Shown here one piece after another: positions 1 to 14,500 of a DNA stretch of 64,000 bases. Where the stretch lies: contig OZ059894.1 of assembly GCA_964057225.1 (NCBI GenBank), forward strand, positions 15,376,001-15,440,000, read 5' to 3'. A program made the translations under genes and the position numbers. The notes beneath the pieces were generated by a model. That model saw nothing but the letters and a program-made list of their open reading frames with translations, did not search any database and was not told the origin of the DNA. Position 1 is the first letter of the stretch. Every line of letters starts with the position of its first letter. The stretch is from Auanema rhodensis. Its lineage: Eukaryota > Animalia > Nematoda.

Positions 1-455
1 GGCAGATGCTCAAAGTATTGTTTGCTTTTCTTGCCAATATGTCCAACCGAACCTTTCACACATTTTGATCTGAAAAGTTGTATTCAGTATGTCTTCTTAG
101 TTTATTATTATTCTTTGAAATTTGAGTTGTATCACTTCTATTTCAACATTTTTCCACGCATCCTGTTATTTCTCAGGAACATCAAAACTGTTTTCGATCA
201 TAGATTACGACACAGCATTCTCAACAAGAAATCCTAACTGAGGTTAAATACTGATCTTGAAGCTTTTTGAGTTTTAATATGTTTCTTTAACCGTTATTCT
301 GTACAATTGTATTTTCATCATCACGATCAGATTATCTACTAACCGTTGAACAGTTTGTGTGCTAAACGAGTTTACGTTCTCTCCTTAGGAGCAGAATTAA
401 TCGTCTTTACGTGACTAGACTTGGTCATCGTTTCCTTCATTCTGCCCCCCCCCCC

Positions 456-460
<5 letters not shown>

Positions 461-520
<60 letters not shown>

Positions 521-537
521 CCTTCCTCTCTCTCTCT
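461..537. repeat. (CT)n microsatellite
   Basis: Direct TC dinucleotide run preceded by a poly-C tract. Confidence 0.95.
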
Positions 538-2966
538 TGATCCCTCTTCCTTTCTCTCGTTCTCTTTCTCTCTCTTTATATCCTTCCCTCTTTTGCTCCT
601 TCTTCAAAAACTTCTTTTTCTATCTTTCATCTCCCCGCTGCCTTTTCTCTATATCTTTTGCTTTCACATCCATCTCTATATCTTTAATTCTAACTCCTCT
701 GTCCTCTTAGCGAATCTGTTGTTGAATTGAGCTTCTAAGCTCAGCTACTCTACTGATTCTTGGCTTAATCAAAAAAACTTTGTTACCGTAGTACATTTTT
801 TAATGTTTTTTTTTTCATCCTAACCTCATCAATATCATTTCCATTTTCTTTATTTTAAGTGTCTCTTATCCAAATATGAAGCTATGTTATGTATTCTTAG
901 ACAATTTCATTTATCAAATTAACTTTAACAAAAGAATTTATCAAAATATATATCTATTTATATTGCAAATTTTTTTAATTCAATAATACATCTATTGAAT
1001 AACGGTATTAAAATTATTATTTTTATTTATTTCTTCTTGTAACATCTTATTCACTATACTCTATTTCATCCATATGAAACATTTGGATATTATTTTTTTT
1101 GAAGTTAGAAGACAAGTTTAGTAATCCCAAGTGTTTTCTCATAAGTAAATATTGATCATAATTTTTCATTTTTCTTGATGATAGTACATAACTAATCTTA
1201 TTCTAAAAATGATTTCATTCTTTAATCCCTTACAAATCAGTTTCTGATTCTTCCTCAATGATTTTTTGATCCTTATGATCTGTTAAACTTTTCCTAAACT
1301 TCTTTTGAGTTTCTTGGTCAAAATCTTGATTTTTACTTTTTATTTTTAACCGAGTAATCATAAAACTATTCTTCTTCCAACCTTTAACATCTGGTACTTA
1401 TTTATATAAAAATGATCCTTTTCAATCTTTTACATAATTTTTTTATTATTATGTAAACATAATGAAACTTTTCAATTTATGTGAATTATATTATAATAAA
1501 AAATATTCAAACATCGTTCAAATCTTATCTATTGCAACTAGCTCTACTAACTTTATTATATAACCTATGCTCTATTAAGCCTATTTTAATGTTCTTTTTT
1601 TATTTAAAAAAAGGTCAAAAATGAAAATAGGCTATTCACATCCGGGCAATCTGCTAACATAAAGCCCTAAAAACTAACACACAAGTCTCATATCTCAATT
1701 TCAACGTTTTTTTTCGGAATATTTGGATATTTTAGCCAAACATATCAGTTTTTTCTATCAATTTCTATATCATATCACCTTATTTTAGCATACATTTTCT
1801 TTAATCTCTAAGTATGAAACAAACTGGTTTCTTTCTTTTTTTTTGAAAACAAAAAAACGGACATAATTTGATCCAGACGAACCAAATTTAGACATCACTT
1901 GTGGAGTTTCACCACTATTTATTTTATGTTATTTTTTTCTATTATTCACATGAAAAAAAAAGCAACAATGAGTAGATTTTTGATTTAATTATAACAATTT
2001 GAAATAATATTTTTAATAAAAATTCAAATTACTAAATAAATGAAAAGGCCACTACTGGATTCACAAGCGTCTTAAATTTGTTTCTTATCAGTATTTTTGT
2101 GTTGATTACCAAGCAATATTTGATATCATAACAGAAAGGAAACAAAAATTATATAAAATACTTTGGTGTCCTCTATTCATATCTATTATTTCTTGCATTT
2201 TGGGTTATTTTTGAGCCATTTTTTGCCACCAAAGTATAACAAAAATATACAAAAAATGGAAAAATTGAATGAACGACAGTATCCCACATATGGATCAATA
2301 TCTGTTTTAAATGTTGCTGTAAGTTTAAATAATCTTATTATAAGAAAATTTAATATATATTTTTATTATTATTATATATAAAGCATGAAAGAACTTGTAT
2401 ATTATTATATTATATTTAATTAGGCTATGCTTGTTATTTTAAAATAGAATTTGTTTAGAAATAAAAATAAAAAAAAACAAGTAATAGCATAGTAGGTTAC
2501 ATAAAATCTATATAGTTTATAAGATAAAATGGAATTATCAGTAAAAAAACATTTTTTTTATCAAAAGTTAAACAAGTTACCACATGATTGTTAAACTAAT
2601 TTTGATTCTTCAAGTTTGAATTGGTTCATTTGAACTTCAAAATTTGGTTGAGATTATTGCTTTGATTTAACTTGTCATTATGAATTTCCTTTTTTTTTAG
2701 TTGAAAACTTATTTTACATATACTATCTCTACAATTGAAAATATTTTCATTGTATTCTTGTAACTTGTATTTGAGAAAAAAATTCTTCCCTAAGTTAAGA
2801 CATTTTTAAAACATTTCGGGCAAGATCAAATGTTTTGATGCAGCCGGAACACAAGTGTCATCTTTCCGTTATTTTTTCCGCTTTTAATTTTTCCTGAAAA
2901 TAATATTTGTATTGATGTTTTAATCACATTTTGACGGATAAAATATTTAATAAATCAATTTAGGAG

Positions 2967-5900
2967 ATGGGTACGTTTGACAAAGCGACGGTATCCAAAG
3001 CTAGACTTTGTGGATGGCAAAATCTATTAGCAATGGTCATTGCCATTATAACTTCATTATTTCTTGGAGCATCTCTATCATGGTATTTTACTCAAAAATC
3101 ACTAACTCCTTCAAATAACAGGTGGGTTCAGAGTGTTAGAGTATAGTATAATACATATACATATAATATATAATTTAGTCTATCTATCTACTTTGTTTTT
3201 GTTTTGTTTTTAAGTTTTTTGCATTAAACTTTACTTTCATAGATGATTAACTTATTTAAAAATTAGTTACAGAATAAGTAGAGACGTTACCAAGTATGTT
3301 AGCATGTTGAATATTTAGTTTTTCATTTTTGTCTTTGTTTTTTTGTATGTAAAGAGTGTTCATGTGGCTTGGAAATGTTTTAAAAGTTTGAAGTTTCCGC
3401 TTTCGACTGTCTAGACATGATTTTTGAGATGCTAATGACAATTCAAATTATTTGCTTTTTTCAGTAATGAAAGTCCAAAAACTGATATGGGGCCATCAGC
3501 TGCTGAATTAAGGTTACCAAGAAGTCTCAATCCATGTTCGATTTGTTTATTTATAAATTGATGAAATAATATGATTTTCAGTAAGTTATGATCTAACCAT
3601 TCAAACATACTTGCCAGGTTATGTGGATATACCAAAAGAGAAAAACTTAACTTTTGATGGACAAGTGCAGTAGTATTACAATAAAATAATTTAATTTTAA
3701 TAATTTAAGGTTACTATTAATCTCGTAACTCTTACATCTCTAAGAAAACTTGTTTTTAATGCCAAAAATCTTAAAATTAATGAAACGAAATGCAATCTAA
3801 CGGTGGTACGCTGATTATATTATTATTATAAGATATATTTTTATATTTATTTAAGGATGGTCAACCCCTTGGAATCAAAAGTGTTGTTCTTCAGCCTCAA
3901 TTTGAAAAGGTTGCTTTCGATTTAGAAGGCGATATCAAGTCAGGCGCCAATGTAGAGTTAAAGGTTTTGCAAATAAGCTCAAGTTGTCAACGAATATTAA
4001 TAATTTATTCAGATTGGCTACACTGGTTTGATTAACAGCAACCTTGGTGGTCTTTATCAAGCAGCTTACGTAAGTGCAGATGGAACTCCAAAGTAACCTG
4101 AAGAAGAAAGAATGATGTTTGTGTACTATTTGATATTCTAGAATTGCTGCTGTAACTCAAATGGAGTCCACAGATGCACGTCAGATGGTTCCATGCTTAG
4201 ATGAACCAGCATACAAAGCTAATTGGACAGTCACTGTTATTCATCCAAAGGGAACAAATGCAATTTCCAACGGATATACCCTTGATAGCAAAGCGTAAGT
4301 GATTTCCATCCGAGCATGTGAAGTATATTCCACAATTTATCAAAATCTTAGTTGTCTAAGCAATTGGGAAATATAATATTTTTACTTTTCAGTGTAAATG
4401 ATAATTTCATTATCACTACCTTTGAACCAACACCAAAAATGTCTAGTTATCTCCTGGCTATTATAGTTAGTGACTTCCAATCAGTTAAAGCTAGTGGAAA
4501 CCATAAAGTTGAGGTATGTTATTTCTTATTTGATCCAACTTATTTGGATGGATATATTCGTTCAGTTCCGAGTCTGGGGAACAGAACAAGGCAAGGAATA
4601 TTTGACATATGCTGCTGAGATGGGACAAAAATGTTTGGAGTTTTATGAAGATTATTTCAAGATTCCTTTCCCTCTTAAGAAAATGGGTAATTTTGATATA
4701 AATTATGATATCATCACTATTTGGCTTCAGACATGGTTGCTTTACCTGACTTCGCTGCTGGAGCTATGGAAAACTGGGGTCTTATTACATATAGGTGAAT
4801 ACAATTTGTTTTTGAAACAAGGTCAATATGTTTTCAGAGAGACTAGTTTGTTATACAATCCCGCTTTGTGGCCACCTCAACAGAAGAGAAGAGTGGCTGT
4901 TGTAATCGCCCACGAGCTGGCTCATCAGGTAAGAGGATTTTCCAAAGTTTTTTGAAAATTTAATTCATAGTGGTTCGGTAATTTGGTTACTATGAAATGG
5001 TGGGATGACCTATGGCTTAATGAAGGATTTGCCACCTATGTTGAATACATTGGAACCAATCACATCAGTGATGGAAACTTCAGAATGGTTTATTAAGACA
5101 ATTAACCAAAAATATTCAATAATTTAGAATGAATACTTCATCGAGCGAGCTCTTAATACAGCTTTTGATGCTGACAATCAAGCTTCTAGTCATCCACTCT
5201 CTTTCAAAATTGACAAAGCTTTTGAAGTTGCTGAAGCATTTGATTCTATTTCTTATGAAAAGGTATATTTTTATTTTTTTAATTCAATAAAACAAATATT
5301 TCAGGGAGGTAGCATCCTTCAAATGATTAAACATGTTATGACAGAAGAGAAATTCAACGATGGAATATATGTGAGTGCTTGTTTGATTATGTACACAACA
5401 GATGAGAGTGTCTACAAACTTTTGACGTTCGTATATCGTGGCCGAATGGTCTAGGGGTATGATTCTCGCTTTGGGTGCGAGAGGTCCCGGGTTCAAATCC
5501 CGGTTCGGCCCAAATTTTTTATTTTTTGTTTTATAATTAGAAGAAATTGTGGTTGAAGGAGATATATTTGATATTTTACTTTTTAAGGAATATTTGAATG
5601 CTCATAGTTACGGAAATGCTGAAGCTTCTGACTTATGGGTTGCCCTTAATAACCACTCAACTGTGAAAGGTCCAGGTGGAACTCAGCTTGATATCCCTCA
5701 ATTCGCCAGTCAATGGACTGTACAGGTATATACATTCTAATATTACGTATAGGATGTTTATTTTCTTGTGTTAAGATGGGATATCCGTACTTAACAGCAG
5801 AGCAGTACAACGAAACCGCGGTTAAAGTATATCAAACTAGATATAAACTCAATCAAGCTGCCCACGAAAAAGAAAAATATGCTAATCCAATCTACAAGTA

Positions 5901-7755
5901 ATTGAAATCCGACTTTGAGATTCAGAAAATAACCTTTTAAGATTCAAATGGGACGTTCCAATTTGGTATCAAGTTGGTGGTAACCCTACAAAGATGACAT
6001 GGTTGCCAAGAGGTAAGTTATGAAATAAATAAAATGGAAATATTTTAAAATGTCAGATGGAGAAATATTTATCGATGTTGGAAAAGATAAGATGGATGAG
6101 GCACTTATTCTGAACGCTGAATCTCGTGCTTTCTACCGTCAGAATTACGATTACGATGGTTGGATGAAAGTCATAAAGCAGTTGAAGACGGATCATACAG
6201 TGAGTTCTGACAATTTGACCTAAAGCTTTGTTTTCTCCTTCAGGTTTTCAGTAATGTTACTCGCTATGCCATCATTTCTGATGCATTCGCTATGGCTGCT
6301 ATAGAAAAAATTAATTATACAATGCTCTTTGATCTTCTTGATTACATGAAAAATGAATCAGTAAGAGTTGTTTCCTAAACTTATTAATTTATTCTTTTAA
6401 ATTAAAGGAATATTTACCTATAACTGCTTTCATCAATGGAATGACTGAGATTAGCAAACACTTTGGTACCGATCCTGAAATTAAATTCTTTGAGGTAGCT
6501 ATATCATAAATATCGACAAGAACTAACTTTTACATTTTCTTTCAGGATTATATGAGCAAAATGGTTCATATTGATAAGTTCACCGATACATATAACTCAA
6601 TCGCTCATAATTACTTGGATGATGTCAAATTTTTCGAAAAGTATGGCAAGATACCCTGATTAAAGCTTTAATTTTTATCTTTTAGCGTCAAAGAACTTAA
6701 GATCTTTGAATTCAACTGTGATCATGGCTCAGTTGAATGTAATTCTCTTTTAAAAGAAAAGTATAATCAAGAACTCAAAACAACTTGTAAGAATAATGAA
6801 TTACTGAGTAAATGCGTAAAGTACGTGGTTGATTTTTTTGTTTTCTTTAGATATTATAATACATTACTTTACTTAATCAAATATTGGTTTACATTTTTTA
6901 GAATTGCTGCTCCTCTTCGAAAGGATGTGTACTGTGCTGGTGTTAAGAATGGTGACCAAGGCGAATTTGAAAGGGTTAATAAGAATTTAAATATTCTTTA
7001 ATAGTAATTTGATCACTTAATTTTGACGGCGTCAAACTATAAATTTCATTTTTAAAATGAAAAGCACATCATCGGTTGCTTTTTTTCTTAAAATACAATA
7101 TTATTCAAATACTTATCTTGTATTTAAATTTTAATGATTTAGATGATGAACTATTACAAGAGAGAGACAGTTCAATTAGAACAATCAAACATCTTACAAG
7201 CTTTGGCTTGTAGTCAAGATCCTGTAACTTTGAAGAGGTATACTAGAAGTTTTTCTCAAATTTAATTTTTTTCTAAATGTTTTTAGTTTGATTTCGACAA
7301 CTATTGACCGAACAAGTAACGTGATTCGTTTCCAAGATGCTTCTTCTGTATTTCAATATATCGCAAAAAATAATATTGGATCCGAATTCATTTTCAAATC
7401 ATTCATTCAACGTTGGGAAGACATATATAAAAGGTTCAAGAATATTTCTTTAGTAGAAAATAATAACATCTTTGTATTTTTAGCTTCAAGAGTGATATTG
7501 GAATTGTCGGTAAAATTATTTCGAGTTGTGTCGGAAGTATAAGAACTTCACAAGAACTTAATCAGGTAAACCAACTATTTCTCTTTCACGTTTTCTTTTA
7601 ATTTGAACTTTCAGTTGATTCAATTCCGTGATACAGCTCCTCATGCTAGCGAGTTCAATGCTTTTACTAAAAACATTGAAAAAATCCAAAATACTATTGA
7701 ATGGATCAACAAGAATTACAAAACAGTCACAAAGTTATTACAAGAACGAATTTAA
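2967..7755 (+). CDS. M1-family membrane aminopeptidase (aminopeptidase N / nematode H11-like), many short introns
   Basis: Spliced translation: N-terminal TM anchor ([22 protein letters not shown]), [86 protein letters not shown] (GAMEN and HExxH-x18-E). Stop TAA at 7753-7755. A possible extra upstream exon lies at 2256-2318. Confidence 0.95.
5440..5511 (+). tRNA. tRNA-Pro(TGG), nested in an aminopeptidase intron
   Basis: GGCCGAATGGTCTAGGGGTATGATTCTCGCTTTGGGTGCGAGAGGTCCCGGGTTCAAATCCCGGTTCGGCCC: 72 nt, acceptor stem, anticodon stem CTCGC/GCGAG with TGG, GTTCAAATC T-loop, T-run terminator downstream. Confidence 0.97.
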
Positions 7756-8512
7756 AGTTCTTAATCAATTGTTTTTAAGTTATTATTCAATTTCTCTCTC
7801 TTTATTATACATATATTATTCATACTAAAAGTATGAACTACTTCTACTTAACTTATTTCTTTTGAGACAATGTACATTATATTTTCATCGCCTATTGAAC
7901 ACTTGGTGTTATAGCTCAAAATATATTTTTTTTTTCCAGGAGCTGAACTTATTTAGGAAGAAAAAACAAAAGCTTAGTCAGCTGTTTTCTTTTTTATTTT
8001 TGTGAGAATTTTAGTTGTATATTTGTTAATTATAAATGTCTTGTAAATGTGAAGGATTTTCCAAACTTTTCATCTTTCAATAAATGTTTATTGAAATAAA
8101 AAGTCGAAAGTATTTGATGTTATTATGAGAGAAGATGTCTTAACAGTTATATTTGATGAAGTTACTGAATTTAAGATGTTAACAACAAATAAATTCTACA
8201 TCATTTATTTCTCTACTCAGTTTATGGACATAGCGAATACTCGTTTGATTGCAACTAATGCTTTAATAATAAGCACAAGCTCTTCATATGGCATGTTTTC
8301 ATTTCTTTCTTTTTTTTTATTTTCTTTGATTATGAATATAAAATAAAAACAAAACTGAGAATATCTATAGGTAGGTTAAACCCTTAATATCAAATAGACC
8401 TCTTAGCTTTTTAGCACGTTAGTATAATATATAAGAACATATGTATATATACATTTTTTTGTTTCAATCTGAACATTGAAATTCAAGAATCCATTTGGCA
8501 TCAGATTTTCTT

Positions 8513-11500
8513 TTACATATATCCAGCACACAATTCTGCTGAAAAATTCCACAATCGCTCTTGTAATCGTTCGTCAGTGGCTTCAGTACCCGATCTGCAA
8601 AAAAAATTCATTTATTTTTCTATTGAAACACAACTATAAACAACAATAGAATTCATGAAAGAAAAGAAACATTTGCAATTACCTTAGCTGTTTGCCATTA
8701 ACATCCATGTATTTGCCTGACATCTTTAGAAAAGCTGGATTTTCTAACAGCTGAACCAAACTGTTCGATGTCCGGCACATCGATAACGTTGACATTGATG
8801 ATGATAATGTTGTAGCAGTATTTCTTCTACAAAGAAAAATGAATAAATTATTATTAATTTATCAAAAATTGATAAAAAAGAAAACAAAAAACAGGAAAAA
8901 TGGTTTGTGACATACATTTTTCCATTATTATTTGGTTCTTTTTCCTTTCCAACTTCGATGACGTTAATAGAAACATCACGCTTTGATAGAATCATTCGTC
9001 TGGAATAATAATAATATTGAAGAAATATTTATTATAACCAGAAAAATCTCTTTTGAACATAAAATAATAATTAAATTTAAAAGAAGAAAATTCTGAATAA
9101 AAAATATTCGAAATCTTCGTTTTATTTTGTTTGAGCTTTAACCAAATTAAAATTATTTTTGAATTGCAGGCTCATCTGTTTGTGCTTTAGACTATTTCGA
9201 AAATTTTATAGATTTTTCTTTGTTCATTCAATTTTAATTTAGAAGAAAAAACGACTCTATTTTACCTGTGTAAAGCAAAAGCCATAAGATGACACATTAA
9301 TTTTGTCCGGGAAAACTGCAAATATTTCTCGTACTCTTTGGTAGCCATCATATCCTGCCAATCCAATGCTGTCCTGTAAAATAAAATTAAAGATTCATAT
9401 AAACGACTTGGCATTATTTTAAGTTTTAAATTATATATGAAAAGAGGGAGACGGACAGAGTATGTATGTACTTTGCGTTTTTCATAAACTTTTCTTAAAA
9501 TTTTAAGCAACAGCTTAGCTGATAGTTTACTGTATTGAACTCTAGTTTTTGAATTTCGAGAGCAAATTGATAAATATGCTTTCCAACATGGATATTTTTG
9601 CATCTGAGATTCTTTAAGCCACCAAATATTCAACCAGTTCGTTGAAGTCAGTAAGTTGTGTATGTGAAACAGAATGTGTGTGTATGTGTGTAGATGTGTA
9701 TGGTGTGAGTGTATGTGCTTCTATGAGCGTTAGAACATAAACATGTTGAATGGGAGGAATAGAATTCCCAGTTGAGTTGAAGATTGACGTGGCAAATGAA
9801 ACAGATGATGCCGAAGACTGGAAAAAACCGACCCTTGGCTCAATTGCAATAACCATCTATATGCTCAGCTGATCTCTGTTTCTTGTCTAATCTTAGTTGT
9901 GCTTGTCTGACAATCCACGGATTCGCAAATCACGAACATCATAGGAAAAAACTCGAAATATGGATGGGTTATGAGCATTTTTCCATTTTAACTGCTGACT
10001 ACTTGAAATTTGCGTTCAATCTTATTTTCGAGTTAACTTACCATCCATGAAGCATGCTTCCAATCATATATATTCTTGAATTGGCATTCCTTCCCAAAAC
10101 GTCAACCAGACGATTACATAATAAGAAATGAGCCAAATAGTTGATCTGGAAAAGTTGAAATGATAAGAAAAACAGATTAAATCTTGTTTTTTAAGAGGAA
10201 ATCCATAAGAATTGCACAAAGAAACTTTTTCTTTGCATTAGGTTTGCTTTTACGATTCAGTTAGAATATGTTACAAATTGACAAAAAAAAAAGAAATTTT
10301 AGATAAAAAGTATTTGTTTATTTTGCAAGGATTTGGCTCCCTAAAATCTGAGCAATGTTTCCGATGTGTTGTGGCATGAACCAAGAATATAGTTTGAAAT
10401 AAACACAGATTGGTAGAACATTAAAAAACATCCAAAAGATGTGTTTTGTTCAAAAATCAGAAAGGGAATCCACAAAATGTTTCAAGTAAACATTAAAAAT
10501 GTTGCAAATGACAAGGAGACTTATTGACCCCGGAGACAATAAGCACGGCGATAAACTTGGAAAAACATATTTTCAGTTTGTAGGAAGATATCGAAAAACA
10601 AAACAAAATGGAAATGTTTCAAAACTTGGTTAACGTTCAAAGAACAAGAACTGCATGTAAGAATTACCTGAAACGTTTCTTCATGACCATCTTTCGTTTC
10701 CATTCGTCGTGTGTTTAGAATAGACGCATTGCATAGAATGACATTCAATTCCGGAAATTTATTTTCAATTTCTTTAGCCATTTCACTGATCTGAAAAGCA
10801 TGAAACTCTGTGATTTTCCTATATTCAGGATGAATTATTCAAGTATTCATAAAAGCAGTTAGCGTATTGCCAAAATATACAAAAAGCTTACCTGCTTAAT
10901 GCCGGTAAAATCTGCGACCACATAGTCGATGTTATTGGAATTGCCGGTCTCTTTTATGATGTGATCTCGTGTCGCCTAAATAAAGACAAAGGAATAGTAA
11001 GACCTCCCTGGAGAATGAAAATAAAATGCACAAGTGACTCAAGAATTGAGCATTCTACTTGCAGATAAAGAATAAGATCTATTTTAAGAAACTGATTTGA
11101 CGAAGTCTGATAGAAGTATACAAATACAAATGTATATAGAAAAAATGAGAAATTTAAATTATACTATCAGTTAAGAAATATAAGATTATCAATATCTTTT
11201 AGTATTTTCTATTTTCGAAATGTTTTCTGATCCCTATTTTCAACAAGTTATTTCTAGAGCATATGCAATATACAGATGTTGGGTGAAATGTGCATGTCTA
11301 GGTGAAGGAAACTGCAAGCTTAATTTGCCGTTTGCTTCACTTTTATTCAAAAAGTCTTTTGCGAGAAGGCAACTTTGAAGGAAAAGTCATTCAAAATTCA
11401 ACTTACTTCGCACTTTTCTTCCGTATAGCCATGTATGATTACGAAGTTAGACGGATGAGCAGCCAAATCGCAGGCTGTTTGCTTCCCAAATCCGTCTGTA

Positions 11501-11547
11501 GCTCCAGTTACCAGAATAGTTCGCTCAATCTGAGGCTTCTCCGGCAT
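8513..11547 (-). CDS. dhs-17: Short-chain dehydrogenase/reductase (retinol dehydrogenase-like; dhs-17-like)
   Basis: Spliced translation MPEKPQIERTILVTGATDGFGKQTACDLAAHPSNFVIIHGY..., ILCNASIL, ETKDGHEETFQINYLAHFLL, ATKEYEKYLQFSRTKLMCHLMAFALHRR, VSGKYMD, ATDERLQERLWNFSAELC. TGxxxGxG Rossmann motif present. Symbol assigned from recalled similarity to C. elegans DHS-17, not from a search. Confidence 0.85.
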
Positions 11548-14500
11548 ATCTAAAGAATAGTAGAATCATCCACAAAGATGTTGACAGTTACTTTAGAGAA
11601 AAAAAGAGAATACAACGAACAAAGAAAAAATGATTGTGAAAATAAAAGAAGAAAAGTTTCACAAAATGTTGTTGAGCCAGAATAAATTTATGAAATGTTT
11701 TTGAGAGCAAAACACCAAAAATGGAAAAAAACGCATCTTTGATCACAAAAAAAAAACACGAAAAACTAATTCTGATACGAGTTAAGTTATGTTTGTGCTC
11801 CTTCTGGATATGATATATGGTGTAGCCAAATTGAAAAATAAGGTTTATGGTGGATATATGTATGAAAAATATGTTCTAATTTCATATGGAGTCTTACAGT
11901 GTTAACTAATATTATTCATAAACTCTAAAAATAGAAATATACATGTTTAACTCTTATGGAATCAAACGATGAAAGTAAAGAATGGAACTCAAAACGTTTG
12001 AACAGAACGAGATGAAGACGGCCATCTCAATGAATGAATGAAGCATAGAATGTTCAAAAAGCTCTTGATCAGATAGATTTTCACTGGTAATTAAGTAAGT
12101 GTCTTGCAACGAGAATGAAAAAAATGAAGAAATGAGAATGAAATTTGTCTTTCAATGGTGAAGAGGTTTCTGCAAGATGATTATGATTTATTTTGAAAAT
12201 CTTGCATGAAGCAGATATAATCGGGTCATATGTGAAAATGGCAGAGGAAAACTGATCGAAAGTCAAACAGAAGCAAAGAAAAGATAGCTTTAAGAACGAA
12301 ATAGAAAGAATAAACATACGACAAGAAAGAAAAAAGACGAAAAAGGAAAAGGAGATGCTCAGTTCTGCTCCAAAGATCCTGCCTCTTTCAGAATTTAATA
12401 GACAAGTACGCTTAAACATCTGAACTATTTATGAACAAAATTAGAAATAAATAAATATAAGCTTATTACAAAGCTTTAGGAAGTGCAGTTTATAAAAAGA
12501 ACCTCAAGAAACATTCCAAAGCAACATTTTGACATGCTTGACTGACTGAAGAATAGCTCGAGAGAGCTGCCTGGATTTCAGACCTTCTGAGATCCGGCAA
12601 TGGAAAAGGCGTGGAAAGAAATAGGAATGTAGATAGAACATGAATGAGTAAGAGATCTGGGAAGAAGACAAGAACGAGAGCTAGAGAAATAGAGAAACTA
12701 GCCATGATAGTCATTGGGTTGCTGTTCTTCTTCCATCCTTGTTCTCTTCCAAAGCTTACTCCCTCTCTATTTCTTTATTTTCCTCTTTCTGGTCTCTATA
12801 TCTTGTGTCTTTAACATGTCCACTTGTTCCATTTTTCAACATGTGTATATACTAACATCCATATAAGGTCTAACAAATATTTGGATATGTGCATACTGAT
12901 AAATGAAGCTGGCAGTTATTTCCGGTAAAAAAGTCATGTAATACAAAATATATTAGTAAAATAATGAAAAACTCAAATCGTAGATGTTCAAATTCAGAAA
13001 AACAGAGGGGTAAGCTCAATAAGAATAAAAGAAAAATGAAATATTAGGGAGACTATCAAAGTACTAAAGAGATTTATCGTCCAACCGGTGTTTAGTTCTG
13101 CTAGAATTAAAATGAAAAATGCATATACTTTCACGTTTTCACGTAAATTCTGCTGCATCGTTCAGAGCTTAAAGATTAGACAAATGCTATACATTTGAAG
13201 AAGAGCATTTAAAAAGCCTTTGTAAGATGTTTAAATAAAAATAAAATGAGGACAACCAATAATTAGAATACAAGACAAATCGCAAGCGCTATCTGAAGTA
13301 GAAACTGAAAGGCGTGCCGCCTCTTCTTCAATATCCTACGTTCGTACAAGATTTTTTCGTTGCAGTAAAATACTGACCATATAAGGAACTTTTGCTCAGA
13401 GGCATACAACAAGCTGTGAGACCAAATGCTAAGAAGAACGCATGTAATAGCTTTCTTTGCTGGTTTGCTGGTGCAAGAGAAAAAAACGAGAGTAAGAGAG
13501 ATAGAGCATTCATAGGACAATACTTTTAGAATTGTTTTAGGAACAATTTTCAACCAAAAGAAAACTAAAAAAAATTACTCAAAGTAAAAATTATAAAGAG
13601 CATGTCGGAATATTTAGAAGGTTCAACCCTTGAACACTACCCAAAAGATGATTTCTAATGCATTAACAACTCCATTCATTAAAAAGAATGCTAAAGTTTA
13701 TGCAGGAAGTTGAATAAGAAAGGGTTTGTACGAAAATATAAAAAAAATTTCAAATAACTCAAGGAGTTCACGTGATCGTCTATGAATATTCCAAATTTTC
13801 TGGCATTTGGCTCTAACTGGGAAAATTATACGAATGGTTATGACTTGAGTTATAACAAAAAGAAAAATAAACAGAAAATATCGCCCATAGAGTTTAAAAG
13901 AGTAAGTGACTTGAGTATTAAAGTCGACAGCATTGATTCCTAACTGGAGGGTAATTCAAAGAGCAAAAGCATATATTAGTAGAAATAAAAAAAAAACCTA
14001 TGTGCTTCATGTACACACATATGTACATAGGCATTTGTCAAAGAAAAGCCAAAAACTTCTACTTTTTTTCAGAAAATATTTCCTAATAAGCCCGCCAACT
14101 CGATTTCACTTTTTCTGTTTCTATGTTTGGTTTTATTTTTCTTCCCGTTGAATTCTCTGACTCTAACATCCTCTACTTTTACAATTCTATCACTCTGACT
14201 CTGCTAGAAGTTTAAGATCTAACCTTCTTCTGTTCGTCTTCTCTATTTCTACAAACTCATCAGCCTTCGGCACACCAGAAAACAACATGCATATACAAGC
14301 TGCGGAAATGGTGCCATTAAAACGGAGACTGCGAAATAAGGAGAAAATTCCAAAACAATCGAAGGCTTGATACTGATCTCCTGCTGTTTCATTACCAGCT
14401 TTGATGACAATTTGGTTAAGGTTTCATTTCAGAGCCAGAATTAAAAAAAGGAAAAACAGAGAGATGTGGAGAGGATGAAACAAAACGAGAGCATTAATTT

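Noticed and set aside
1-237. Possible terminal exons (NIKTVFDHRLRHSILNKKS*) at the window edge
   Set aside because: Too little context; no recognisable domain.
411-710. ORF-track peptides rich in SLSL/RERE (also at 41408, 46902, 53475, 62710)
   Set aside because: Translations of (CT)/(AG) microsatellites.
14384-14391. piRNA Ruby motif CTGTTTCA
   Set aside because: An isolated occurrence is expected by chance; no cluster seen.
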